64,000 bases of DNA from Mercenaria mercenaria (GCF_021730395.1 NC_069364.1:83339972-83403971), one strand, 5' to 3'. Counted from the stretch's first letter, positions 48,468 through 60,905 are shown. Program-made: numbers and translations. Notes: generated by a model not told the origin, from the letters alone.

Positions 48468-49932
48468 CAACTTTGTGGTTATAACACACTAAATAGTTGT
48501 TGTTCTTTATTCTATATAAAATTGACCTATTTCCAATGACCGCAGCACACATCAGGACCCATTTTAAATTTCTGTAACTTACATTTTCTTGAAGAATATT
48601 GTCAGTGCTAACTAAAAATCAAAAGAAAAGTGGGGGTCATGTTTGATGCAAGAAAAATAATTTCAGTCAAACACACAAACTGCAAAATCAGCTAAAAAAT
48701 GAGACCGCAAATTATACTGGTGGTGTATGATCTAAGTTTCCATGAAAAATTTTGTCATGGTGTTATTTCATGATCAAAATGCTATCTTCATGTCAAGCAT
48801 AGATCTGTCATGTGATTTTACCAAAAAAAATGCAAAGAAAATAAGAAAAATAGCTGTACACAGCGAAAAAACTGAGGACTATTTGTATCCGCCATTATGC
48901 GACTACCATTTTTTTTCGCGCCATTTTTCTATTTAGTGTCTGTATGCCTATAAGAAAAACTTTTTTCTCTGACAGTGTGCCAATTTCATTTGAAATGTAC
49001 AAGAAACCCAAATGCATGAAGAAATACAAGGTTTTAGCTTGATATCAACTGTTTCCAAGTTTTTATGGCATTTTCAGTACCATAAGACAAAGCGTCAGAT
49101 TTTGTCAAAAATAGCTGTCGCGACATAATGTTGAAGCAGTTACCCTAAATTCAGCCTTGTTTTGCCCTGTTTTGACATTTTCTACTCTGATCTGCATGCA
49201 AATTACACATTTAAACTGTTATATATCTTCACTTTTACCTCTGATGGACAGAAAATAGCAGTCAGTAGCCTATAAATATGCAGTTTTTGAAAAAAATACA
49301 CCCAAAACAGTGAAAATGTGATATTTTTGGGTTTTATCCTCATTTTCAACAAAATTGCAATTAATTTGTCATTTTCTATCAGATTCTAATCAAACTAGCC
49401 CATTTCCACCATTATCTGGCCAGATTTCATTTTTTACCAATGTCATCTTATAGGTTATAACACACTAAATAGTTGTTGTTCTTTATTCTATATAAAATTG
49501 ACCTATTTCCAATGACCGCAGCACACATCAGGACCCATTTTAAATTTCTGTAACTTACATTTTCTTGAAGAATATTGTCAGTGCTAACTAAAAATCAAAA
49601 GAAAAGTGGGGGGTCATGTTTGATGCAAGAAAAATAATTTCAGTCAAACACACAAACTGCAAAATCAGCTAAAAAATGAGACCCCAAATTATACTGGTGG
49701 TGTATGATCTAAGTTTCCATGAAAAATTTTGTCATGGTGTTATTTCATGATCAAAATGCTATCTTCATGTCAAGCATAGATCTGTCATGTGATTTTACCA
49801 AAAAAAATGCAAAGAAAATAAGGAAAATAGCTCTACACAGCGAAAAAACTGAGGACTATTTGTATCCGCCATTATGCAACTACCATTTTTTTCGCGCCAT
49901 TTTTCTATTTAGTGTCTGTATGCCTTGTTACC
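48468..49932 (+). repeat. Tandem duplication of a roughly 978-bp unit, 1.5 copies (unit 1 48468-49445, partial unit 2 49446-49932).
   Basis: 48468-48958 and 49446-49932 are more than 97% identical, including the duplicated ORFs 48742-48936 and 49719-49952. Confidence 0.75.
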
Positions 49933-50574
49933 GATGTGCGCCATTTTGGTAAAGGGAAACTACTCCCCAGGCTTACTGTCACCGCTAAAATCTAAGATTG
50001 CCGTTACGTTCCGTAAATGATCGAATGGTTTATTTTTCTTTCAAACAAAATTAATTTCATATAAATTTAAAAGTATTTTGATGAAAGAAATGTTAATAAA
50101 TCACAAAAATTATGATACTAATTAAAGATCGAGAATTATCTTTAACCGAGATTAGACTGTGAACAACATAACTGACACGAGGTGACACGTTAATTGCCGG
50201 TAATTACTGGCTATTTGATCGTGACAAAAAGACTATCACACCTTTTGTTATTCAGGTTTGAATTGAGAAGCTCATGTCATTTTGAAAGATACCATTCCAA
50301 AATATTGAATCAGCTGCTGTTTATTTATTCAAAATAGTTAATTAAAAAGGTAAAACAACAAATAAAACAATATTTTACTGGTTTTATTTTCGAGAAAACA
50401 AAAATCGATAGTACCGCAAGACCGATGCTGCTCTCCACCGCGGAAATAAAATTTATTACCGGTGTCGATGTAAACTCTACTTTCGTTTTCCATCCACCTC
50501 AAAATTGACCAAAAATGTTTTTTTCCCAGGATTTTGGGCCAAAATCAGGAGTGTGCATTATACATGGGTGCACA

Positions 50575-51225
50575 TTATACATGGGTTTCTACGGTAATTG
50601 ATCTAGAAAATGAAAAAATAAGTTTCAAATCTATATGCCTTTAAGTAATACCTGTATGTAATTGCACGTAAAACTTTAACCAGGATTTTCTAAGTCCAAA
50701 GGGGGCAAAATTTGGCTAAAATGTAGGTCAGAGTTATGGGACTTGATGCTATCAACTAGTTTTATAACCCCGGAGAAACATGTTAAGTTTCTATTCAATA
50801 TCTGCATTAGTTTTGGAGATAGTAACTTGCATGTAAAACTTTAACCAGAATTTTCTAAGTCTAAAACGGGGCATAATTTGCCCAAAATGAAGGTCAGAGT
50901 TATGGGACTTGGTGCTCAACTAGTTTTATAACCCCGAAGACACATGTGAAGTTTCAATTCAATATCTGCATTAGTTTTGGAGATAGTAACTTGCATGTAA
51001 AACTTTAACCAGAATTTTCTATGTCCAAAAGGGAGCATAATTTGCTCAAAATACATGTCAGAGTTATGGAACTTGACCCAGAAAAAGAATAAATAAGTTT
51101 CAAAGCTATATGCCTTTAATTGACAGCTGTACTTGCATGCAAAAACTTAACCAAGGTGTGACGCCGACGCCGATGCCAGGGTGAGTAGAATAGCTAGACT
51201 ATTCTTTGAATAGTCGCGCTAAAAA
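50575..51225 (+). mobile_element. 5'-truncated Helentron-like element (23079-24417 family). First member of a head-to-tail run.
   Basis: 3' end GTGTGACGCCGACGCCGATGCCAGGGTGAGTAGAATAGCTAGACTATTCTTTGAATAGTCGCGCTAAAAA abuts the next element's AACAAGAGC. Confidence 0.55.
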
Positions 51226-52117
51226 CAAGAGCACTGCAATGCAATGCAAATGCAGAGCAATATACACACAAAACAAAGTATTATGACCTTTGACCCCTAA
51301 GTGTGACCTTGACCTTGAAGTGAGCCATCCAAAACATGCGCTCTGCACATCGTTTCAATGAGGTGAACATTTGTGTCAGGTTTCTTTGAAATCCTTCAAG
51401 GGGTTCAAGAGTTACAGAGCAGAAGGGAAATTGCTAACCAACAGACAGAAAGACAGACAGACACCAAGGCGATAACATAATATGTCGAGATCTTATGGTG
51501 ATACAAGTTGTGTGCAAGTTTGGTTAAAATCAAATCATAAATGAAGCTGCTATTGTGCAGACAAAGTCAAAATAGCTAATTCTGGCCCTTTCAGGAGTCA
51601 TAACTCTGGAACCCATTATGGGATCTGGCCAGTTCAAGAATGGAACCAAGATCTTATGGGGACACAAGTTTTTGTGCAAGTTTGATTAAATTCATATCAT
51701 AAATGAAGCTGCTATTGTGCAGACAAGGTCAAAATAGCTAATTCTGGCCTTATCAGGGGCCATAACTCTGGAACCCATAGTGGAATCTGGCCAGTTCAAG
51801 AAAGGAACCAAGATCTTATGGTGATACAAGTTGTGTGCAAGTTTGGTAAAAATCAAATCATAAATAAAGCTGCCATTGTGCAGACAAGGTCAAAATAGCT
51901 AATTTTGGCCCTTTCAGGGGTCATAACTCTTGAACCGATAATGGGATCTGGCCAGTTCAAGAAAAGAACCATAATCTTATGGTGATACAAGTTGTGTGCA
52001 AGTTTGGTTAAAATAAAATCATAATTGAAACCATTATCATGCAGACAAGAAACTGTGGACGGACGACGGACGATCACAAAAGCTCACCCTGTCACTACGT
52101 GACAGGTGAGCTAAAAA
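51226..52117 (+). mobile_element. Composite Helentron-like element. It has a 5' end, a 160-bp module with its own microsatellite and degenerate hairpin (18205-type), then about 4 copies of the 9907-11318-family array and a second microsatellite, hairpin and CTAAAAA end.
   Basis: The element reads ACAAGAGCACTGCAATGCAATGC..., then (CAGA)n CACCAAGGCGATAACATAATATGTCGAG, then the array (reverse complement of the 9997-10600 units), then GGACGGACGACGGACGATCACAAAAGCTCACCCTGTCACTACGTGACAGGTGAGCTAAAAA. Confidence 0.55.
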
Positions 52118-52960
52118 CAAGAGCACTGCCTTGCAGGTGCTGATGCTCATCTAATTTTGTTGTATAACAGAAATATTGTCCTACCCATGATTTTCTAAGT
52201 CTAACAAGACTCGACTTTTCTCAGTGCTTGACTCTGAATTAGAGCTTTGCCAGTAAAAAAAAATCCAGGTTAAAAAGGGACATAATTCTGTCAAAATTCA
52301 AATCTGAGTTATGGGAACTGTGTCTCCTAGTGTAGACTTTGATAGAAAATAGCTATTTTGAGTTTCAAGTCAAAAGCTTTAATAGTAACAGAGATATTTA
52401 ACTTTATAAAAAAAAAAAATAAAAAAATTCTAAGTTAAAAAGGGGCATAATTCTGTCAAAATTCAAATCAGAGTCATGGGGATTGTTTCTCCTGGTGTAG
52501 ACTTTGATGGTAAATAAGTATTTTAAGTTTCAAGTCAAAAGCTTTGATAGTAACAGAGATATTTGACTTTATCAAAAATTTTAACAAAAAATGCTATGTT
52601 GAAAAGGGGCATAATTCTGTCAAAATTCAATCAGAGTTGTGGGGATTGTTTCTCCTGGTGTAGATTTTGATGGTAAATAAGTATTTTAAGTTTCAAGTCA
52701 ATAGCTTTGACAGTAACAGAGATATTTGACTTTATCAAAAACTTTAACCAAAAATTCTAAGTTAAAAAGGGGCATAATTCTGTCAAAATGCAAATCAGAG
52801 TTATGGGGATTGTTTCTCCTGGTGTAGACTTTGATAGTAAACATCTATTTTAAGTTTCAAGTCAATAGCTTTGATAGTAACAGAGATATTTGACTTTATC
52901 AAAAACTTTAACCAACGCCGACGCCGGGGCGAGTGCAATAGCTCTACATTTTCTTCAAAA
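52118..52960 (+). mobile_element. Helentron-like element (about 175-bp array x4) whose 3' hairpin is fused directly to the next element's array.
   Basis: 5' end ACAAGAGCACTGCCTTGCAGGTGCTGATGCTCATCTAATTTTG. 3' end ACGCCGACGCCGGGGCGAGTGCAATAGCTC, followed without CTAAAAA by the array of the 42884-family. Confidence 0.5.
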
Positions 52961-53491
52961 AGGGCCATCATTCTTGCAAAAAGCAGAATAGAGCTATGTT
53001 TCTTGATGTACAGCATCCGCTTATGATGGTGAAAAACTGTTGCAAGTTTTAAAGCAATAGCTTTGATAGTTTATGAGAAAAGCTGACCTAAACATAAAAC
53101 TTATTTTCTAAGTCCAAAAGGGGCAATAATTCTTGCAAAAAGCAAAATACAGGGTCAGCTATTGATGGTGAACAAGTGTTGCAAGTTTCAAAGCAATAGC
53201 TTTGATAGTTTAGGAGAAAAGTTGACCTAGACATAAAACTTAACCAAGAAATCTGATATTTTCTAAGTACAAAAGGGGCCATAAATCTTGCAAAAAGCAG
53301 GATGGAGTTATGTTTCTTGCTGTACAGGGTCAGCTATTGATGGTGAACAAGTGTTGCAAGTTTCAAAGCAATAGCTTTGATAGTTTAGGAGAAAAGCTGA
53401 CCTAAACATAAAACTTAACCAGGCAACGCCGAAGCCAACCAAGTGATGACAATAACTCATTTTTTTTCCAAAAAATCAGATGAGCTAAAAA
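52960..53491 (+). mobile_element. Helentron-like element (42884-43837 family), 5'-truncated or recombinant.
   Basis: 3' end GCAACGCCGAAGCCAACCAAGTGATGACAATAACTCATTTTTTTTCCAAAAAATCAGATGAGCTAAAAAAG. Confidence 0.5.
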
Positions 53492-54789
53492 AGATATATA
53501 CCATATTTTGCAAGGCTATCACTTGTCCAAGCTTTGGGAACACCAGTCCAGATTTGCCTAGTTTCACTATAACTGGTATTTGTACTCCAATACCATACTC
53601 ATGTAACTTTGTTTCCCCTTTCAGACTTGCTGCAATAGAAAAACAAGCAATTTCAATTAATTTTGTATTCTCCAACAAATACGAGTAAGTTTTGTCCCTG
53701 CAGTGTTATAAAACTACAAATTGTTTTTAGCAAAAGCACATGTCTCCCTATACCACTTTTTTTAACCTGAAATGTTAATTGATAAGCAATATCCAGCCAT
53801 ATCAAAGATATTTTGCTATATAACTTCATTTTTTGCAAAATAAGAAGAAAATGTACAAAACTATGTAAGAAATTGTATGTAGTCCATATCAACAACAAAA
53901 ATTAAACAAAAACTGTTTGTAAACATGTATTCCCCAAATAGTGACCCCAGGAGTATTATAATTTACTAAGGTATTTAGTACACTGTCACACTGGCTTTGA
54001 TGCTCAAAGAATGTTCTTACGGAAAGACATACTGATAAGCCACATACAGGGAGACATAATTGTAGGACAGACTTAAGGTAAGACATGTTGATACTTTACC
54101 TTTAGCCTGCTAGCGGCAAGTGATTCTGCCTTTGAGATCAGTGCTAGCTGATCCATGCAGGCTGATCATGGTCTATATATACTGTTCACTATTCAGTCAG
54201 TAAACTTTAAGTGAACACCCTTCAAATAATAAATAGTATTGCCCAAAGTGAATGACAGACCAGTCTATTTTTGAAATTTTGCAGGGTAAAGGAATTTTAT
54301 AGAATGAACAAGACTTAAAACAGGAATAACTGATAGAGGCATTTGACTACTGACCTTATACTGTAACCTTGACCTTAAAATGACCCAGCAGCAATATAGG
54401 TTCTGCTAATTTATAATGAGGTGAACATTTTAACAGTAGGCCTTGAATACTGAAAGTCAACAATTACATTTCCAGCAGCACTATATACTTTTAGGCTAGG
54501 TTAAACCAGGTGTACTCTCATACTTGACTTTGAGTGCCAGGTGTATTCAATAAAGGAAACTTACACAAAATATGGGTATAAACAGCAGATATTTAAGAAT
54601 AAGGTTAGTATGTGTACATATAGCATTGTTACTCATATAAATATGTTAAACTCTCACAGCTTAAAATACAGAGACTGTTTGCCTTTTGTATATCAAAAAT
54701 GTTTTTTTACTCTTTTATGTTTTATTTCTTATACCTGGGTGAAATAAAAGTTTTGTTCTATTCTATTCTGTAATAGCTTTTTTTCAGTC

Positions 54790-55392
54790 ACATCTAACAA
54801 TGTTTGAAAAACTAGAAATGTGTCCATAGGACACAGATGCCCCCACTACATGACATTAGTCAGGGGCCAGAACTCCTACAATACTGAATGAATCCGGATG
54901 CGAAACCCCAGGTGCACAACTACACATGCTGACCAACATTCCTGAAAACTTTGGTGATTCTAGGTCAAATACTTTTGGGCTATGCGCGATACAACATTAA
55001 AATGACCAATTTTTTACTAAGTCAGGGGCCATAACTCCTACATGACTGGATGAATCCGGATGCGAAACCCCAGGTGCACAACTACACATGCTGACCAACA
55101 TGCCTGTAAAGTTTTGCACCTCTAGGTCATATATTTTTGGAGCTAGGCACGACACAACATTAAAATGACCAATTTTTACAAAGTCAGCGGCTATAACTGC
55201 TACATGACTGGATGAATCCGGACGCGAATCCCCAGGTGCACAACTACACATGCTGACCAACATTCCTGTAAAGTTTTGTGACTCTACGTCAAATACTTTC
55301 AGAGCTACGCGCGACACAACATTTTCGGAAGGACGGACGGACGGACGGACAAGAGCAAATCTATATGCCCCCCCCCCCCAAAGTGGGGGCAT
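54790..55392 (+). mobile_element. Element with a roughly 177-bp array (x2.6) ending in a (GGAC)n microsatellite, a hairpin and CATAAGAAAA.
   Basis: GGAAGGACGGACGGACGGACGGACAAGAGCAAATCTATATGCCCCCCCCCCCAAAGTGGGGGCATAAGAAAAC. ORF 54997-55410 is a translation artefact of the array. Confidence 0.5.
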
Positions 55393-55844
55393 AAGAAAAC
55401 AACTTAACAATACATCATAGTTGTGAATTACAAAATATTTACACTAAAGGTGAACATGGAGCAATAACACATGGGAGAGAGATCGAAGGTACTTCAGTAG
55501 TTTATTTAAAATTTTGAAAAAGGGCTCTCTGATGTTAAGCATGTATAATTTATATAAAAACCTGCCCCAGTGCCATTTTCTGGCTTTTATATGTCAGTTG
55601 GGAGTATAAGGAAGGATTCCACTAAAAGCAGGTAACATATAACTCGGGTTTTACTGAAACAAAAGAACCTCCTGCTGATGCCAATGCTCTGATAATCGGT
55701 AACCATAAGACAATATGAAACTACAACTATCACTGAAGGTGATGACTGTAACCCCTATTAATGACACTATACATTGCAATTTGACACACACAAGATTGCA
55801 TAATTATGTGGACTGTATGTATATAGACTCTATGTATATAGTAT

Positions 55845-56010
55845 AGTAACAAAAAACAAAGTCCTATAACTCTGTAGAATATGTATCTAAAAGAATGTAA
55901 CATGCACCATGCACAACTAGGGTTGGTACTGATCACTTGTGTGAAGTTTCAGTAAATTGTGTGCAAGGGTTCAGGAGACTAGGTGCGCATAAGATTGCAA
56001 ATGCAGACTC
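55845..56010 (+). repeat. About 160-bp dispersed repeat. A second copy at 56920-57110 flanks a long-TIR element. It is related to the 5' region of the 17600-18170 element.
   Basis: ATGCACCATGCACAACTAGGGTTGGTACTGATCACTTGTGTGAAGTTTCAG is the shared core. Confidence 0.45.
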
Positions 56011-56037
56011 TAGTTATATGGTATAGTAACAAAAAAT

Positions 56038-56900
56038 GGGTTTACAACCATTTGTCGAAAGATAAATGAAAGAATAAGACAATTAGTCAAATGGACAAAC
56101 TAAAGAATGGAAGAATTGTCGAATACGACAAATGCTTGAAACATATTTTAAAATATGACACTTCGCCGAATAATTGTTTGTGATATTTTCGACGTTGTGT
56201 CGCAGTCTGGTCTATTTGATTACTTAAAACACATTCAAGAATATGTTACACACAATTTGACCAATTAACTAGGTGAGCGAAAATCAGAATTACTCTGCGA
56301 GCATGTATACAAGCCTTCCAATACGTATATCCAGAAGCTACCATAGCAGCCTGTTTCTTTCACCTGGCACAGGCTCATTGGCGTAATGTTGGGGATCTGG
56401 GCATGAGACAACAGTATCTGGAGGAAGAGGAATTCGCAATTTCATTGCGCATATTTACGGAACTTGCATTTGTGCCACCTACCTAAGTCACAGATGTATT
56501 TGCAGAGCTATGCGAAGCCATTCCAAAAACAACACACGATTTCATACCATATATGGAGGAGACGTAGGTTTAAATCAAAGTCTAAACCTGATGGAACAAT
56601 GGTGTGTGCTCCAAACATAACAATAAATAAATAAATAAATTTCTCAGTCATTACTATTGTCATAACAATAAAAAACTAAATAAATAAATAGCACTACGTG
56701 TTATTATGTAGTTACTCAGTCATAACTCATTCTTTGCTTTTGATGTTTTGGACAAGTAATTTCGACAAGATTTCGAAAACTTTTCGACGAAATTCGACAC
56801 GTATATCATTTCTATCAAATATCCATTCTATCACTTGTCGTATTTGATCACATGTCCATTCTGCCAATTGTCTTATTCCATCATATGTCTTTCGACGTAA
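56038..56900. mobile_element. About 860-bp element with roughly 150-bp terminal inverted repeats (foldback or long-TIR MITE-like). It contains an (AAAT)n microsatellite.
   Basis: Left arm GTCGAAAGATAAATGAAAGAATAAGACAATTAGTCAAATGGACA... (56041-56200). Right arm ...TGTCCATTCTGCCAATTGTCTTATTCCATCATATGTCTTTCGAC (56745-56897). Confidence 0.5.
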
Positions 56901-57596
56901 TGTCATGCACTGACAAAAAACAAAGTCCCATAACTCTGCATTTTTTTTTTCTGAAAGAACCTAACATGCACCATGCACAACTACTGTTGTTACTGATTAC
57001 TTGTGTGAAGTTTCATTAAACTGTGTCAAGGGGATGAGGAGATATGATGCGCAAAAGACTGTGTCTACAGACAGATGGTCAGACAACCTGAAACCAGTAT
57101 ACCCCCGCTTACAACTTCATTGTTCGTATGGTACAATAAAGAATTATGACCCTTTGTAAACTCAATTATCTGATGATGCTGTCAATTTTTTAATTTTAAT
57201 TAATTTCCACTAAGAGTTTTCTAACTAATGGTTACGTATGTTTGGTGAGGAGGATGTATTAATTTCAGTCCAAAACATGTTGTAACTGTAATATTGCACA
57301 CAAAACTTTAATAAAATTTTCTAAATAAAAAGGCCCTTGAAATAATTCCAACCAAGGTTATCTTATTTGGCAGTGTATAAGAGTAGTCATAAGTGGTTTT
57401 AGACCAGTACAGTTAGTGGTTGCAGACCCACAGACGTGATGTCACTCCTAGGTCAAGTGATTCAGCCAGCCAATGAGAGATCAGTTCCATAATTATCAGC
57501 GACATTTTCTGTTAACATTGTTATTATTTATATATCCTTATGGATCTGCAGAAAAGCTTTCAGGAATTGGTCAAGTAAGAAGTGTTTGACATGTAT

Positions 57597-58310
57597 ATCA
57601 AGGGTGTAAAATTCCACTCGCCTGCTCGCATTGGCGAGTTAGATACTGGATAGGACAAGTGGACCTCGCTGTATACTCGACCGATCTGGCGAGTGCTTTT
57701 TACGTTGTAACTTTACCAAAATTCAGCAAAAATGTTTTGAATTACATCGTGAAAAACGATAACAAACTTTGCATCAGTAGATGCTTTGAAATTCAATCGC
57801 ATACTGATAATGATTGCGCGCTAGACTGTGATTATTATTATTATTATCATTGCACTTATTATTACAAGAAAACCATGTACCATAAGCCAGTCAAGATAAA
57901 CTTATTTATCCGAGTTAATGTTATTGTCATAATTCATTTTCCTGTACTTTGTCAAAGCATGGCAAATCAACATCCGTAGTTTATTTGGAGAGTGACCAGG
58001 TGGTGGAGATGACAAAAATACAGTGAAAAAAAAAGAGAAAAATGTCCCCTGTGAAAAGAAAATTTAAGCAGAATTAATATGATTTAAAAAGGAAACGTAG
58101 TGTACACAGGAATATTATTTGTCTACTGTGTGTTATATTTGAAAATTGTTGTACATAATGTTTCTTTTATAAAAGTGACAGTATTAAAAATGTCACCAAG
58201 ATAGTTGTAATTTTATTAGGGTGTGTGCACGTGACTATTCACTAAGGGCGAGCAGAGTTTACTGGCTACTAGTCCTGAAGGGCGAGTGATGTGAAAATCT
58301 TTTTACACCC
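57597..58310. mobile_element. About 700-bp non-autonomous TIR element with roughly 30-bp imperfect TIRs, subterminal GGCGAG repeats and a possible GTATAT target-site duplication.
   Basis: Left end CAAGGGTGTAAAATTCCACTCGCC and right end GGCGAGTGATGTGAAAATCTTTTTACACCCCCAG. GTATAT is found on both flanks. The internal ORF 57659-57979 has no recognisable features. Confidence 0.4.
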
Positions 58311-58499
58311 CCAGTATATGCTCTATTCTTGTTGTCTGACTGACTGCATTATATTTCATGGAATAGGCTCCTGTTTGGTGTAAACTTTCACTATACAAGT
58401 AAAGCTGATGACAAAATAGAAAAAGTGGAAACTCCACAGGTCGCTCAACACGACAAAAACGAAAATGTTGCAGGCTCGGTTTGATTGAACCTGTTCATG

Positions 58500-58745
58500 G
58501 ACAGTAGTGGAAATGCAGGCTACCCTGGTCCACGCCCAGTGAAAACAAGTGAATGAAGTATTGCCACCTCTGTGCAGTCTGGTCAGGATCCATGCTGGTC
58601 GTTTCAAAGCCTATTGCAATTAGAGAAACCATTAGTGAGCAGCATGGATCCTGACCAGACTGCACGGATGCGCAGGCTGGTCTGGATACACGCTGGAGTC
58701 GCAAACACACTATTTTGGTTTTATCATGGTGTGGCTTAAATGTAC
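58500..58745. repeat. Foldback element, copy B. Its loop is inverted relative to copy A.
   Basis: The arms GCAGTCTGGTCAGGATCCATGCTGGTCG / AGCAGCATGGATCCTGACCAGACTGC and the right flank align to 25830-26030 in the same orientation. The loop TTTCAAAGCCTATTGCAATTAGAGAAACCA is the reverse complement of copy A's loop. Confidence 0.55.
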
Positions 58746-60059
58746 AAAGTTTCAAAACTATAGCTCATATATTTCTGACAACTTGCAAAAAAAAATCAAA
58801 GGCCTGAAGGGCCTGAGTCGGCTAATGATTGATGTACTGACAGTATAGTCTACCAGTTTCAGTTTGTTTTTAGTTTTTTTCTTAAAATTTCATAACACAG
58901 CTCGATATTTACCCAAAATATTATATCCGGATACGATTACACTTTTCTCCAGTTTCAACAATATATCTTACAAATTGTGATAATACGAAGACATTTAGCA
59001 GCAATTGGCAGTATCTGACATTGAAGTTTATGGTTAAATTACCTCTTATTTAAATCTTTTCATAAAAAAGTTGTTTCGTTTCATGAAAGCAGCCAAACAT
59101 AGACGATCTACTTTCGATTTCAAAAACTACAAGAAAATACAATTTAATGTTTCGCCGATTTGTTTATTTCTCGAAAAATAAGAATTAAAATCATTTTTAA
59201 TATCAGTAGTAACTAAACAAACCAGTAAGAGCTTCTTCTTCCGATAATTTATCCGTTTACTGACTGCAAAATTCAACCCACGCAAAGTTTATAGAAATCA
59301 TACAATGCGTGTTTACGTTCAATGTGGGAGAATTAAGGCTGATCGGCTATGTTACCTAACACATCCAGACGATTCAGATTTTGTTTTTAAAAAAGCATTG
59401 TGTGCGTTTCTGTAATTTTATATACGTTTTTATACGCTTAGAAATTATTAGACATGCGTATTTGCATTATTTCTATACGTAATTTACGCTAATACGCATC
59501 TTATCTGGAGCCCTGTGGAACTATTTTTTGTCTTTCGCTGGATGTTACCCAAGTTTTGTAAGCCTGCGCAATTCTTAAAATGCACATTTATGCTTAATGA
59601 GTTACATTCGAGTATTGCACAATTACTAGTCATAAATATGACAGATTACATCGTATATTGGTCATAGCAAAGGGAATTGACACAACTTAACTTCATTCAA
59701 GCAGTGAACTGTTTGAAGTTTGAGAAATCTAATAGAACTACATCCCTTCACGTGTTATTCGGTCCATTTAGAGAATCGCTGAACAGCAAGGACTCGTCAA
59801 AAGGCTTTCAGCCTTTAGCCAACTCAAAAAAAAATGAATTTGACACAGTTCAGATTTAGGTTTTGTGTCACTAAGATCTTACCTTTACTATCTGATGTGA
59901 CAGGCCTCTGTTGTTGGACATCCTCATACTTGTCACAGTAAGACAGTTCACTCGCTCCCAACCTTCTTGAGCCTGAAATATTTCTTTACTTTTCAATTCT
60001 TGATTTTTTAAGTGTTCCAATCAACTTGAAGTTTATAGGCAATATGATTATGTACCTTA

Positions 60060-60840
60060 ACCTTTAGCCTGCTTGTGGCAAGTGATTCTGCCTTTGCAAC
60101 CAGTGCAGCCCTAAATGAGCCAGGTCTGCATAATTCAGTAAGTAAATTTTCATTGAAACCCCTTCAAATAATGTACAGTATTGCCCAAATTGAATAATGG
60201 ATGAGTCCAATTTAGAAATTATGCAGGCTTGAGGTTAAACTACAAGATGCTTTTGTAGAAAAGCTAATGTTCCCCCCACCCAAGGCGTAGTCATACAGGC
60301 AAGAAGTCAATAGGGGACAGGAGCCAAAGTCAAAGAGACACTAGTGGTTGGCTGCAATTGGGATCATCTACTTGGCATGTCCATTCATCCCACCACTACG
60401 TTTCAACACTCTGGGCCTAGTGGTTCTAAGTTATGAATTGGAAACAGTGGTTCTTAAGTCACTGACCGAAAATGGTTTTCCATGTTCAGGCTCCTGTGAC
60501 CTTGACCTTTAAAGAGTGACCCCAACAATTAATTTGGGTGGAATCTACTCTGCATGATCAATCATCCTGTGAAGTTTCAACATTCTGGGTCAAGTGGTTC
60601 TCAAGTTATTGACAGGAAATGGTTTTCCATGTTCAGACCCCTGTGACCTTGACCTTTGATAAAGTTACCTTCAAAAATAGGTCGTCTACTCCAGCAGCCC
60701 TACCATCCAATGAAGTTAGAAGGTTCTAGGTAAAATAGTTCTCCAATTATAGACAGACAGACAGACAGATGGACGGACAGAAGGACGGAGACAGACAGGG
60801 CAAAAACAATATGTCTCCCCCAGTGGGGGGAAGACACAAT
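60060..60840 (+). mobile_element. Helentron-like element (about 120-bp array x2) with a (GACA)n microsatellite and hairpin end.
   Basis: 5' region TTAGCCTGCTTGTGGCAAGTGATTCTGCCTTTG (also present at 38919 and 54097). 3' end TAGACAGACAGACAGACAGATGGACGGACAG...AATATGTCTCCCCCAGTGGGGGGAAGACACAATTC. Confidence 0.5.
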
Positions 60841-60905
60841 TCTATTCCAGAAAGAAGACTTTGATACATAATGCTAACATGATTCTCATCAAAGATTTAC
60901 AAAAA

